In this document: piece by piece, positions 38,901 through 50,104 of the stretch | Layout: every line of letters begins with the position of its first letter | Position numbering within the stretch: position 1 is the first letter of the stretch | NCBI GenBank assembly: GCA_965285935.1 | Contig: OZ260666.1 | Span: 67,828,001 to 67,892,000, forward strand | Source of the DNA: Ophelia neglecta | Lineage: Eukaryota | Length of the DNA stretch: 64,000 nucleotides | Direction: 5' to 3' | The notes under the pieces: model-generated | What the model was told of the DNA's origin: nothing | The model's input: the letters and a program-made list of their open reading frames with translations, nothing else | Databases searched by the model: none | Program-made: the position numbers and the translations under genes

Positions 38901-39055
38901 AGTTTGAATATTCTAGGTATTCGCTGGAAATGTAACATTTAAACTATTTCGAGAGCTGATACAATTACGTGTGAACGAAACTTACCTTGCTTGACATGAC
39001 AGACAAGAGTTGTAATAATAAAAAACAAATTGGTTTTAAGCGACATATTCGTCAT
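35948..39055 (-). CDS. Paralog D: signal - C-type lectin domain - (ETTLP)n stalk - 2xTSR - TM
   Basis: Exons 39055-38986 (MTNMSLKTNLFFIITTLVCHVKQ G|gtaag), 38791-38604, 38338-~38148 (AWIGLEF..EWKWKDG...WTNWDSNPGTGNC...WKRGNC....YPYLC), 37687-37139 (stalk), 37001-36849, 36706-36494 (two TSRs) and 36168-35948 (TAADRRPTAVAVGTIGIVFLTLVITLILILD). Confidence 0.85.
37400..37640 (-). repeat. 15-bp coding tandem repeat encoding (E/D)TTLP
   Basis: ccggaaactacatta-type units, about 15 copies. Confidence 0.9.
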
Positions 39056-39984
39056 TCTGCTGAACACAGCGAACAGGCTCTTAATACTACACAGCTACCC
39101 TGCTTGTTTTGTGGGAGGGGGGCTCCGAAAAGGGTCGAATATATTGAATAAAGTTCCAGGATCGTTAACACTGTGAATATGTCCACTTGTTTGGTGTATT
39201 CCACGGTCAATGGAAGTTTTATTGAACCTTATTCGCATATTAATGAATGTTCCAACTCCAGTGGTATCATTGTCAGCAGGAGGGTTAAGAGATGTGGGTC
39301 GTTAAACATGCAGTTCCATGCTGATGGCTATTTTTGGCATAACTGCTAGAGTAATTTCGCGCTTTTAGCTCATCAAAATTACTTGATAAATAAACATGTA
39401 ACATGTACAGTTTAAACGCCCCAACGTGAGGAAATTGGCTTTCTTATTATATACATGACAAGCAGTTTTAGTGTCATCAAGGGGCTGAATAGCAACATTG
39501 CTTATAGTTTATTTGTTGTAAAATGTGTGGGCAATTTTTAAATCCCTGTGCTTGGGTCGTTCTTTAAATTAAAGGCTTGGTTTAAGATACTTTCATTTAC
39601 CAAAAGATCCTTAAACCCAAGTGATCGATGAATGAATAAGTGTCGTGGGCGTGCTGGACGACGTGGTTCGTCTGTCCTTGTGGTTTCTTGTCGTTTTACG
39701 TGAGCCCTGGCGGTCGCTGAAGGAACAGTGATAATTGTAAAGAAGCAAACGTTTTCCATCATGGCTTATTGTCCGAAGGGTAATGGTGGTGACACTTTTT
39801 GTGCTAGCGCATTTTCTCAGTGATGTAGCGAAGAAGTATAGAAACAGTGTCGGATAGCCACTCAGAGAGTTGTATCAGCACTGAGGTAATATGTGTTCTA
39901 CCACTGAGGTCCCGAATACACTATGCGTATGATGATTGGCGTATTGTATCCTACCAAACAACAAGAAAGGAAACCACAGATACC

Positions 39985-40155
39985 ATGAACCAAACTCCTA
40001 CCAAAGCCAAGAAGACGAAGTCCAAAAAGAAACAAAAAAACCAAGATCCCGGTCAGCCAAACATAACAGATTTTGTGACGCCAACTGGAGTGAGAAAACC
40101 TAAAAGAAAGGATATTACACCTATTGATCACACTGCGAAACTACATAAGAAATGA
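39985..40155 (+). CDS. Putative 56-aa basic micro-ORF1 of the Crack-like element
   Basis: accATGa start; MNQTPTKAKKTKSKKKQKNQDPGQPNITDFVTPTGVRKPKRKDITPIDHTAKLHKK*, about 100 bp upstream of ORF2. Confidence 0.45.
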   Translation: MNQTPTKAKKTKSKKKQKNQDPGQPNITDFVTPTGVRKPKRKDITPIDHTAKLHKK

Positions 40156-40257
40156 TAATAAAAATGGAGAATATATTTTTGAAAAATGGAGAATATGTTT
40201 TAGTTATCGAAACATTGACAATATTGTAGTATAGGTCATGTCTCTATCAATATACTA

Positions 40258-43200
40258 ATGGCTAGCACTATCACTGACTTGGAGGACTTTTCTGTGACCA
40301 TGACCACAACTTCACGTTATTATTCAAGGTCAGAATTTTGTAATCTCCAAAATGAAAATGATTCATTGTTGATTTTAAACCTTAATATAAGATCTTTACT
40401 AAATAAGAAGCACGAAATTGAATCTCTGCTACAGGAGATGGCTATGAACAATAAGGTACTAGATGTTCTGACACTAGAGGAGACTTGGCTTACAAATGAA
40501 AATGAACAGTTGGCTGCATTGGAAGGATACACATCTATTTTTAAACATAGGCCTGCAAAAATTGGTGGCGGTCTTGCTATATATGTACGAAATGGCCTAA
40601 ACTATACTGTACGCGATGATGTATCAATTGATCATGAATATTATGAAAGTTTATTTATAGAAATTAACTGTACAAGTTTGCGTCCCAAACTTCTAATTGG
40701 AACATTTTACCGGCCCCCAAATCATAGTAATATAACTCAATTTACTAACTATATTGAAACTACTCTTAACAAAATAGAATATGGAAATATTGATTGCATA
40801 CTTACCGGTGACATGAACATAGACCTTCTAAACACTACAACCCACAGATCATCCTCCGAGTTCATTGATGCCCTTACTTCTCTTAGCTACATTCCCTTAA
40901 TATCTCTTCCAACACGTGTCACCCCGTCATCAGCTACTCTCATTGATCATTTATTTCTCAAATTCAATCCAAACCTGCAGTACACTGCCGGTACCATACT
41001 CTCATCCATATCAGATCATTATCCTAACTTCGTGTATCTGCACAAAACCTGTACTTCTAAACAACCCACACCTAAACTATACACGTATAGAAAATACAAT
41101 CCAAGAAATATTAATAATTTCACTCAAAGTATGTATCTACAAAATTGGGAAAAGGTAATCCAAGATTGTAAAGACAACAATACCAATAAAGCATATGCAA
41201 ATTTTCAACAAATATTAAAACAGACCATGGATAAACATATTCCAGAAGTAACAAGGAAATTTAACAAATACAAGCATAAGGACAAACCATGGGTAACACA
41301 TGCAATAATTCGTTCAATTCAAACAAGAGACATATTATCTAAACGGAGAAATAAAAGCAAACAAAAACCAAACTATGATGAAATCAACGCACATTTTCTG
41401 GAGTATAGGGCAATCCTCGATAAAGTAATCAAGCAAGCAAAAGCAATACATTGGGATATACGATTTAAGCAATCCTATAACAACATAAAACAAACATGGA
41501 TGAACATAAAGGAAATATTAGGTTCCCAACGCAGTAACAACATACAAACCCTCTTCTATGATCGGGATAACCACAAAATAACAGACCCATCTCTTATAGC
41601 TAATCATTTCAATACATTCTTCACCAATATTGGCGAAGAAATAACAAACAATTTATCACAAAATACCAACATAAACTATAAAAGTTTCATGAATGACCCC
41701 ATAGTAAACTCTATCTTTTTAAACGAGGCAACTGCAGCCGAAATAAAGAAAATAGCTATTCACATGAAACCAATATCATCTTGTGGCTTTGACAATCAGT
41801 CCCCAAAATTTATTAAACAAATCCTTCCTTCTGTTATTTTTCCTTTATTACAGATTTTTAACAGTATGATCAAAACGGGTGAATTTCCAGAGGACATGAA
41901 AATATCAAAGGTACTTCCTTTCTATAAATCAGGTGACCTAACAAATGTTACAAATTACAGACCTATTTCAATCCTACCTACATTTTCCAAAATATTCGAA
42001 AGGCTGATATACAACAGATTATATAATTTTTTCACCAAGCAAAATATATTTTTCCCTTCTCAATATGGCTTTAGAAAACATCATTCGACGGAACATGCAA
42101 CCCTAGAACTAATAGAACACATTACCCAGAAACTAGACCAAAAGGAACATGTTGCTGCAATATTCATAGACCTTACCAAAGCTTTCGACACTATCAAACA
42201 CACTATTCTACTTCAGAAACTATTTCATTATGGCATAAGGGGTACACCCCATAATCTATTGAAAAGCTATCTCTCTAATAGGTCTCAATATATTGTCTTC
42301 AAACAAAAATCATCAGAATTACTAAAACAGAAAGTTGGTGTACCTCAAGGGTCAATCCTTGGGCCCTTATTCTTCTTAATTTACATAAACGACATATATA
42401 AATCACTGAATACAACATCATTACCTATCCTGTTTGCTGACGACACCAGTGTAATTATTCATAATAAACATTTAGAGAGGTTATACAATAACATCAATCA
42501 CGAACTCTTAAATATACTAATCTGGATTAAATCAAATTTCCTATCCCTCAACATTAAGAAAACTAAATTTATGATCTTCAAAAACTCTTACAACCCACCA
42601 GACCGGATTCCCGATTTATTTAGAGTAAAAATAGACAATACAATAATAGAACAAGTTTCTACATTCAAATTTCTTGGCATACATATTGATGAACATCTCA
42701 ATTGGAAAACGCACATAAATGAAAAATGTAAGAAAGTGTCCCAAATCATAGGGCTGATGAATCGCCTAAAACAATATCTTCCAACATACATTCTAAAAAT
42801 TATCTACAATTCTTTAATACAACCTCATCTCTTTTATGGTATCACAGCCTACTATAACTGCACAAACTTGTCAACATGCAATAGACTTTTTCTCCTTCAG
42901 AAACGGGCCATGTCAACCATCTCAAAATCATGGGACCTGGCCCATACGGAACCACTTTTCAAATCGCTCAAAATTCTAAGATTAAATGATCTATATTTTG
43001 TCAAAGCATTAAAAATCTATTTCAACATCATACAATCCAAATGCCCAAACTTTACAAAACAATCAGTTGAACTTGTTGACCAAGGCAAAAAACAATACTA
43101 CACCAGAAACAATGACGTTATTGTAAGAAAACCCTTTAGAACAAACATTATTAAACAATGTCTTTGGTTTAAACTGCTCAGTGTCACCAACCAAATCCTT

Positions 43201-43320
43201 CACCACTACAAAATACCACTAAGTCAATCATACAACTACAAAGCATATTTCATAAATGCATATATTAACACCTGTAATATAAATAGCTGTTACATATGTA
43301 ACAAAACTCTTCTTGTCTGA
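40258..43320 (+). CDS. LINE ORF2p: APE endonuclease + reverse transcriptase (L2/CR1 group)
   Basis: NLNIRSL, EETWL, GGGLAIYV, YRPP, GDMN and SDH (APE); NYRPISIL, QYGFR, DLTKAFDT, GVPQGSILGP and FADD (RT); C-terminal CxxxxCYxC. 1020 aa intact. Confidence 0.95.
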   Translation: MASTITDLEDFSVTMTTTSRYYSRSEFCNLQNENDSLLILNLNIRSLLNKKHEIESLLQEMAMNNKVLDVLTLEETWLTNENEQLAALEGYTSIFKHRPAKIGGGLAIYVRNGLNYTVRDDVSIDHEYYESLFIEINCTSLRPKLLIGTFYRPPNHSNITQFTNYIETTLNKIEYGNIDCILTGDMNIDLLNTTTHRSSSEFIDALTSLSYIPLISLPTRVTPSSATLIDHLFLKFNPNLQYTAGTILSSISDHYPNFVYLHKTCTSKQPTPKLYTYRKYNPRNINNFTQSMYLQNWEKVIQDCKDNNTNKAYANFQQILKQTMDKHIPEVTRKFNKYKHKDKPWVTHAIIRSIQTRDILSKRRNKSKQKPNYDEINAHFLEYRAILDKVIKQAKAIHWDIRFKQSYNNIKQTWMNIKEILGSQRSNNIQTLFYDRDNHKITDPSLIANHFNTFFTNIGEEITNNLSQNTNINYKSFMNDPIVNSIFLNEATAAEIKKIAIHMKPISSCGFDNQSPKFIKQILPSVIFPLLQIFNSMIKTGEFPEDMKISKVLPFYKSGDLTNVTNYRPISILPTFSKIFERLIYNRLYNFFTKQNIFFPSQYGFRKHHSTEHATLELIEHITQKLDQKEHVAAIFIDLTKAFDTIKHTILLQKLFHYGIRGTPHNLLKSYLSNRSQYIVFKQKSSELLKQKVGVPQGSILGPLFFLIYINDIYKSLNTTSLPILFADDTSVIIHNKHLERLYNNINHELLNILIWIKSNFLSLNIKKTKFMIFKNSYNPPDRIPDLFRVKIDNTIIEQVSTFKFLGIHIDEHLNWKTHINEKCKKVSQIIGLMNRLKQYLPTYILKIIYNSLIQPHLFYGITAYYNCTNLSTCNRLFLLQKRAMSTISKSWDLAHTEPLFKSLKILRLNDLYFVKALKIYFNIIQSKCPNFTKQSVELVDQGKKQYYTRNNDVIVRKPFRTNIIKQCLWFKLLSVTNQILHHYKIPLSQSYNYKAYFINAYINTCNINSCYICNKTLLV

Positions 43321-45677
43321 TATTGTACGTCGTATATATTTGTCTGCACACAGCAGTTTATTAGTTTTCTGAAATGTTTAGTGATTTCGTCACGCTTAAT
43401 ATTGTACATCATATATACTATGTCTCAAAGGGGCGGCCAGCAAAAACGGCAGATGCTATAGCTGGCGTCCAGAATAAATGTATTTCAATCAATTCAATCA
43501 AAAACACCTTGGTTATTTGGAAACTAAATTCAACCAGTTAACCACAGGCTGGTGCACTGTTATATATCAAGGATTCTAATTATTACTATAACTAACCTTT
43601 GCATTAGTAGTAAAAGTTCTCACAAATAAGTTTAGCGGTCTTCAACTATACCACACTGGGCAGGGTATCAAGCGGTTACGCATTGTCAATTGAGGTATTG
43701 TTGTAAGTAGGATATGCGGAGCATAGATTCAATGATATGTCTTTCCATTCATTTATTGTTTAAGACGGTAAAAGTGCTTTAGCTGAAATGACCTAGCCGA
43801 GGTTAATTTCCATGGCTTTCAATAAAGTACTGAACATGTTTAGTTTCATTTGAAAATGTGATTGCGTTCCATACAGCATAATTCAAAGAGATTTGTAGCA
43901 TATTTTTGTTTGCTGAAAAATAACCTTGGTTTTTACATTACATACCTATTATTTATTACTTGATTTCATTAGTTTATAAGGCAGCTTGTCTAACTTGCAA
44001 TGTGCTTTGATATACTTGCAAAAGATCGATAGCTGGGTGTCTCTTAAAATATATTGTGAATTTATCACGTTGTTGTATAACTTTGATAAGAATGTTTATC
44101 ATATTGGTGAATGAATAATTTGTTTTAGATTGTCAGCCTCGTGCTTACAGAAACGAGGACCACAAACCGAATTCAGAAGTGAGTAAAAGTCAGCTGCAAA
44201 CCTAAGTTCATTGATTCCCAGGTCCATAATTTGAGATAAGATTGTAACGAAATATAAATAAATGTAAAATGTTGTATCGCTTGCAATTAGAAGTAATTTA
44301 TTGTGCAGTCGAATAAATAACACCACAAAACACTTTGATCTAAATTGACAAACAATTTGAATAGAAAGCCATACCAAACGCATCGATGGGCTGCCTTTAT
44401 TCAACAAAGTATGATTTTATCGTTTGAGATTATCAACCAACCATTGTATCGGCAGCTTGAATCATACCTTTAAACTACCAGAATACACGTTAATGGGCTG
44501 GAGTCGGGAGCTAGATTGTTTACGATTAATACAAGTCAAGTCGGATACACGGATGTAATATAACTACTAGTGTGAGAGAAATGAATGCTGACTATTAATA
44601 GATGTCGCTGAATTTTAACAGTGCACTCGAGTGAACTTGACATTATGTGCCCTTTCCAATGAATGAACATGGTCAATTTGCGGTATTTGGTTGGAGACGC
44701 GCCAAAACAAATATATGCATTGCAGGTAGGAGATAGCATATAAACCCAGATTGTAATATGCAGTTAGTGCGATAGGCGATGTGAGGTTTTGACCAGTTCG
44801 TATCAAGTAGGCCAGACACACTAATTCCCAGTGCTTATTGTCGATGATTCGCCATTTTGTTTTCGGGCTGTTCACTGTAATTTAGGTATAAAACAGGTAT
44901 GTAGGTTGTGTACCCTCTGCTGTCTGCAACCATATTGTTGTTAAGGTAGGCTTTTGTTCTCAGCCTATATAATATAGTCGATTTTGCTGGTGTTTCGTGA
45001 CACTATGTGTGTTTAATCAGTAGATTCCCAGACTATCCTAAATAGCTGGCCAAAACATGTACGTCTGATGAAAAATTCGCATTAGGGAACACCCGATTTA
45101 AATGCTATGTATGCTTCAGACCTCATTGTACAGAATTATGTGCTTGTGTGGACAGATATTGCATTAAAAGTGTCTGTTGGTGATGGACTTATCTCGAATT
45201 TAATGCACAGTGTGGGCACTTTTTTATAGTTCAGAATTCATTTATACTTATAATTAATGAATTGCTCTCCCATGATCAATGGTGATATAATTCACTAATG
45301 AGGCCACTTTGGTCTTTTCCTTTACAATCGCTGCAGAGTGTTATGGGTAATTATCTGGTGCTGACACCTGTTGGGCAGAAGATTATTCCAGAACTGTTGT
45401 TCCCTCTGTTACATGTTGGTACTGCAGGAGGACATTAGCTTGCTTGGCTCCATCATCTCAAATCATCATCTAATAACTCACAGTATGCTATTCTCCTTTT
45501 CATTTTCATTAAGATTTATGAATCCAACCGATACAAACAATTGTTCCCTTTCGTTGGTAACTCTTGTGAACGTGTAAAGACAATCCAGACGCGTGAATAT
45601 ACCCTTATTTGTTTTTTCTACAATAACGTTTGGTAAGCCTGTTGCAGTATTTTGTTGATGTATTTTAGGTGTCAAAT

Positions 45678-47453
45678 ATGGAATACTTTAGATCCCTAAA
45701 GGCAAGGATAGTTCAGGCAATATCACGTAGATCCCAACGATTAGGCATGGGTAGGGGAGGACTTATCAACGAACGGGCGCTTTCTCGTATCTGCCCTGAG
45801 GACATGTTGGACGCCATTAGAAGGGAGAGATACGGTGATTACGAGAACTTCCGCTGTGCGGATCCTGAGGAAGCATTATTGAGGTTGGATAGAGCCTCTC
45901 ATGTTCCGAATGACTCCGAGCAAACTGTCCTCTTCCGACAAACCATAGAATCATATGTTAACACATTGGCGAAGGAGCTCTCCGCTGTGGACTTTCCCCA
46001 ACTGGGCAAGGTCACATTCACTCCAAAACCCATGGGAAGCTTCCCATGCAACACCAAAGTCGGTGATATCGACGAATTCGATTACATACTGCTTCTTGAA
46101 AATAGCAAATTGGAGGAAGATTTTCTTAAAAACGCCGAGGAGGCAAAAAAGAATGGACGATTCGAAACAAAATATGAAAATCCTGCCACCTTCGATAAAG
46201 AAGGAGCTAAATTCGGTTTAGACATTTTATTAGAACGTATAACAACATTGATACACACTAAATGTGATTTGGATGTAAGTTCAGGCATACTGACTAGAAA
46301 TTGGGTAGGTTTAACGGACTTTTACTCACATGGTCCCGCCATCTGTGTGGAGTTAGGCTGGAGATGTCCCCGAGGTCACAGGCATCACGTGGGTATAGAC
46401 CTGGCCTTTGGATTTCTACTAAACAACTGGCCTCTTAGTGAATATCTCCAAGAGAGACAACTCAAACGCGGTGACCAGGCATTACCGGCGGAGGTATATG
46501 ATCGCATGTGTGAAAAGGTCGGCATGAAAAACACAATGTTTGTTTACAACGGAATGGAATGGGTCATGTCAGCAAGTGTCCTGGATCAACCAATGTTTGA
46601 AACACTGCAGGAAATGTTTCCAGCTATCATTACTGCATTTAGAATTTTAAAGCTGATTTCATCGAACATTCTGCCATCTAAAATATTATGTAGCATTAAG
46701 GGGTACCGGCGATGTAAAGTGACCAATCTGATTAGCTCCTATTATTTGAAAACACATGTTTTTACCTTAATCTGCAATACCTCGAGTGTTGAAGAATGGT
46801 CACGACACACCGTGTATGATATTGTACATACGGTTCTCGGTGTACTCTGTGAGGCTATAGAACAAAAAGAATTCTTTCTCGATTTCTTCCATCAGGGGAT
46901 TTACTGTACCAAGGTTTTCCCACCGAGCGACCTGTATAATGAACAGGCGTGGTATACTGCTGAGGAAGCAGCGAGTGACCTGAGGGCTTTGATCCGCTTT
47001 CTCGAATCGTTAGACGATATGAAAAGTATTCAACTGAAGGAGCACTCTTCAATCATATATATAAGGGAAAAACGGCGGACTCATCGAGCAAATAAGTCAT
47101 TCCTAGATACATATTATCCTGCAGAGATCTCTAAAATGTTCGTCCACAAATACAACGAGGCGATCTACAGAAAGCACCACCTGATACGAATGTGTGACGA
47201 ATACACGATAGCATTTTATCAAAAAGACAAGGGAATAGATCTTGAAACAATACACAACTCATATATTGTCAGGCTGTGGAATAAATACGCGAGAGGATAT
47301 CTGTCTCTGGAGCTGATGCTTTCATTTAACAAAAAAGTATCTCTGTTTAAGAATTATCTACGTAGACATGATAGAAGCGAGGATGATGTCGTCTCTGTTG
47401 CCCAGGCTTATGACAGCGGCAGAATTACTGAGGATACTCTATTAGGTTCGTGA
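45678..47453 (+). CDS. cGAS-like receptor (Mab21-family nucleotidyltransferase, cGLR), single coding exon
   Basis: GSFPCNTKVGDIDEFD has the same spacing as cGAS GSYYEHVKISAPNEFD. HGPA strand, third acidic residue in GIDL, and Mab21 C-lobe motifs FRILK and ISSYYLKT. Splice acceptor ttttag at 45663-45668 lies just before the ATG. Confidence 0.85.
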   Translation: MEYFRSLKARIVQAISRRSQRLGMGRGGLINERALSRICPEDMLDAIRRERYGDYENFRCADPEEALLRLDRASHVPNDSEQTVLFRQTIESYVNTLAKELSAVDFPQLGKVTFTPKPMGSFPCNTKVGDIDEFDYILLLENSKLEEDFLKNAEEAKKNGRFETKYENPATFDKEGAKFGLDILLERITTLIHTKCDLDVSSGILTRNWVGLTDFYSHGPAICVELGWRCPRGHRHHVGIDLAFGFLLNNWPLSEYLQERQLKRGDQALPAEVYDRMCEKVGMKNTMFVYNGMEWVMSASVLDQPMFETLQEMFPAIITAFRILKLISSNILPSKILCSIKGYRRCKVTNLISSYYLKTHVFTLICNTSSVEEWSRHTVYDIVHTVLGVLCEAIEQKEFFLDFFHQGIYCTKVFPPSDLYNEQAWYTAEEAASDLRALIRFLESLDDMKSIQLKEHSSIIYIREKRRTHRANKSFLDTYYPAEISKMFVHKYNEAIYRKHHLIRMCDEYTIAFYQKDKGIDLETIHNSYIVRLWNKYARGYLSLELMLSFNKKVSLFKNYLRRHDRSEDDVVSVAQAYDSGRITEDTLLGS

Positions 47454-49894
47454 ACCAAATAACAGCTGAACAGCAATTATACCTATCCGTTTCGTGCATA
47501 ATCATTCACCGGTTGTTTCTAACGAACATTTTACAGTTAAGGTAGAAGACTACTAATAAGCTCAACACCTTGTGTTAAGCATTATCTGGAAACAACTTGA
47601 ATTTTAAAGGAATCTTCTCATATCCTGATTATAAAACTGCAATATATACGCAAAGGTGTTGATTTGATTGTATCCCTATTTTTTTACACATATACTTCAT
47701 GTGGCAAAGTGTGTTTTTCATACAGCTCTCTAGAAAAATTCTAGTGACACCCAAAATTTATATTCTCCTAATTTATCCTTTCATAAAAGTCGCCTAACAT
47801 AGCTAAGTATAAGAAGAACCTAGCTGATTTAACCTATATTTAGTCTTCTCCCTTAAACTAATTGGGGTGGCCGCCTAGACCACATCGACTGAAAAAAATG
47901 AGAAGGGGCATAGAAAATATATGTAAACATCAGTATTTTACTGATGTACTGAAAATGATCAATATCCTAATAATCATTACATTATTTTCTTAAGGAGTGT
48001 GATTCTTGAACTGTTAACCTACATTTTTTCAGGGAAAATTAATGGTCCATGTTTGGTATATAAGGGATGAAATGATGAACTGGCATCATCGGATCCACTT
48101 TAGCAGGATTCGTCGAAATCACAGTACATTTTCATGTGCCAAAGGAGATGTATTTTCACCTCGATATCGCCATAACATGTTTTTAAAAATGATTCTTAGG
48201 AAAGGACGCATCTCCAGAAAGCATGTCTACCAATCGAAATAAATTAACCATATATTTTAACAACTGATGCGGGATATTCTATATTTCGCATTGTTTCTCT
48301 TAAGGGTATAGATACCCGTTATCTAGTAGGTAGTGTGGTCTAGCATGATGCATTCTGCCGCGACGGACTGACGTGATTTTTGTTGGATTCTTTAAATGAT
48401 TTGTTCCCAGACAGATACAAAATGAATGATTGGTGCATGTAACAGAATTGTCTGTACCCAATGTTTTATAGAATATAGCTGTATCCACTCCGTTTTTAAT
48501 ATGAAACCAAATTTCATACCACAAATTTAGAAACTCGAACATATTTACTTTTTACTTGTGCGTATTTGTATTGACATTAGATGGACATAAAGAAGAGAAG
48601 ATTTTTCATTTGGTGTTTTATTACCTTTAAAGGCATACTTCTTATTCATTAATTTTGAAGTTATACACATTGGCATTAAAGCAACGAGACGCTTGTGGCA
48701 ATAGCATATTCCATACTTTTACACCTTAGTATTTAGCGCATATTAGGTTTCTACGATCTGTGGAAATTCATCGTTTTCTGTGTTTCATTTGACGTGAGAA
48801 GCTATGTCTTACTCAATCAATGATCCCTCTAGCCCGCGGATGTTCTGATAATCGCATTTATGCATACCTTTAAATGCCCGTGTATAACTTCAAATGAATG
48901 AGTAGTATGCCCTCAAAGGTATAATAGTTTATGTAACAGGTCATATGAATAAGCAGTACCAATTAATTATGATCCTACTGACTCTACTTAGTCGATGGTA
49001 GGCTTAATCTACAATTGCTAAAATATGCTTATTTTTAGTCGTGTTTACCAAAAATCAACAAAAGCTTTGAGTTATATTTTAAAGTTAGAAAGCATCCTGC
49101 TTGTTTAGCGCAAACATGTCCAAATTACATACATATATTGAGCCTAAAAACCTCAGATTTGAAACCTATGAACACAAACAGCTAAAAATTAAAACAGCTC
49201 AATATTGAAATAAACTATGTTATACCTATTACTGGTGAACCATCAAATGTAATGAACAAGTAGATAGATGGACATTGATTCAAGATCCCTCTAAGCTAAA
49301 ACATGCAACGATGAATGATGCCTTTTTACCCTGTCTATAGACAGTCGATACCCTGGGGTGTTGAGCTGTTTAGAGCTCCAGGCAATAGGCTAAACATCTC
49401 AACATAGATGTGGCCTTGGCGTTAAAATGACAAGTTAACAATGGCTATTTTATAAAGGCTTTAATACATAAGAAGTACGGTCTTGGAATGCACTTCCTTT
49501 ATTTCCGCGCGCAGAAAAAAATAGTTAAATCCGGGCAGAAAATGTCCGTTTTTCCGCGCTTAGCCGTCATCAATTATTTTAAGCAGGTTCCTTATTTAGC
49601 CACAAATTTAACTGATACATTTTCAGTTTGTGATTACAGTGCCTTTGTATAATGAAAAGTTCCTGCTGGATTCATGTGAATCTGGTACTACTTTTCCGCA
49701 AACAGGTAGTCCTTTGTTGTTTTATAAAAGTAGTAATTTCCTTGAATGCCAAATTCAGCAACAACAAAAAACAGACTCTTTAACAGACAATATAATTAAG
49801 TAGTTCCCCGTAAGTTAGAGGCACGAGAGGAAAGTCAAATACCACTTTGAAAGTTCAGTGACTCGGATTTAAACTTCTAATACCCGGAATACCT

Positions 49895-49975
49895 CTGAGA
49901 GCCGTGATACTACTGAGAGCCGGGATACTACTGAGAGCCGGGATACTACTGAAAGCCGGGATACTACTGAGAGCC
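49895..49975. repeat. 18-bp minisatellite, about 4.5 copies
   Basis: ctgagagccgggatacta repeated. Confidence 0.85.
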
Positions 49976-50104
49976 CCATCTGTTTTCCTGACTATTTTAT
50001 TATTCCTGCGGTGTACTCGAAAAGAGATACAAAACTAAATGCCTACTCTTGTTTGTTGAGCATTGATAAGATACCAATAAAAATATTTAAGTATATAGTT
50101 TCTG

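Larger units (their letters stand above)
39600..43505 (+). mobile_element. L2/CR1-group (Crack/Daphne-like) non-LTR retrotransposon, near full length; 5' boundary approximate
   Basis: Intact APE-RT ORF; 3' UTR with aataaa followed by a short (ttcaatcaa) repeat tail at ~43485-43505. No TSD identified. Confidence 0.8.

Noticed and set aside
45498-45507. GAAAATGAAA IRF-like motif upstream of the cGLR
   Set aside because: Common in AT-rich DNA and probably intronic; not distinguishable from chance.
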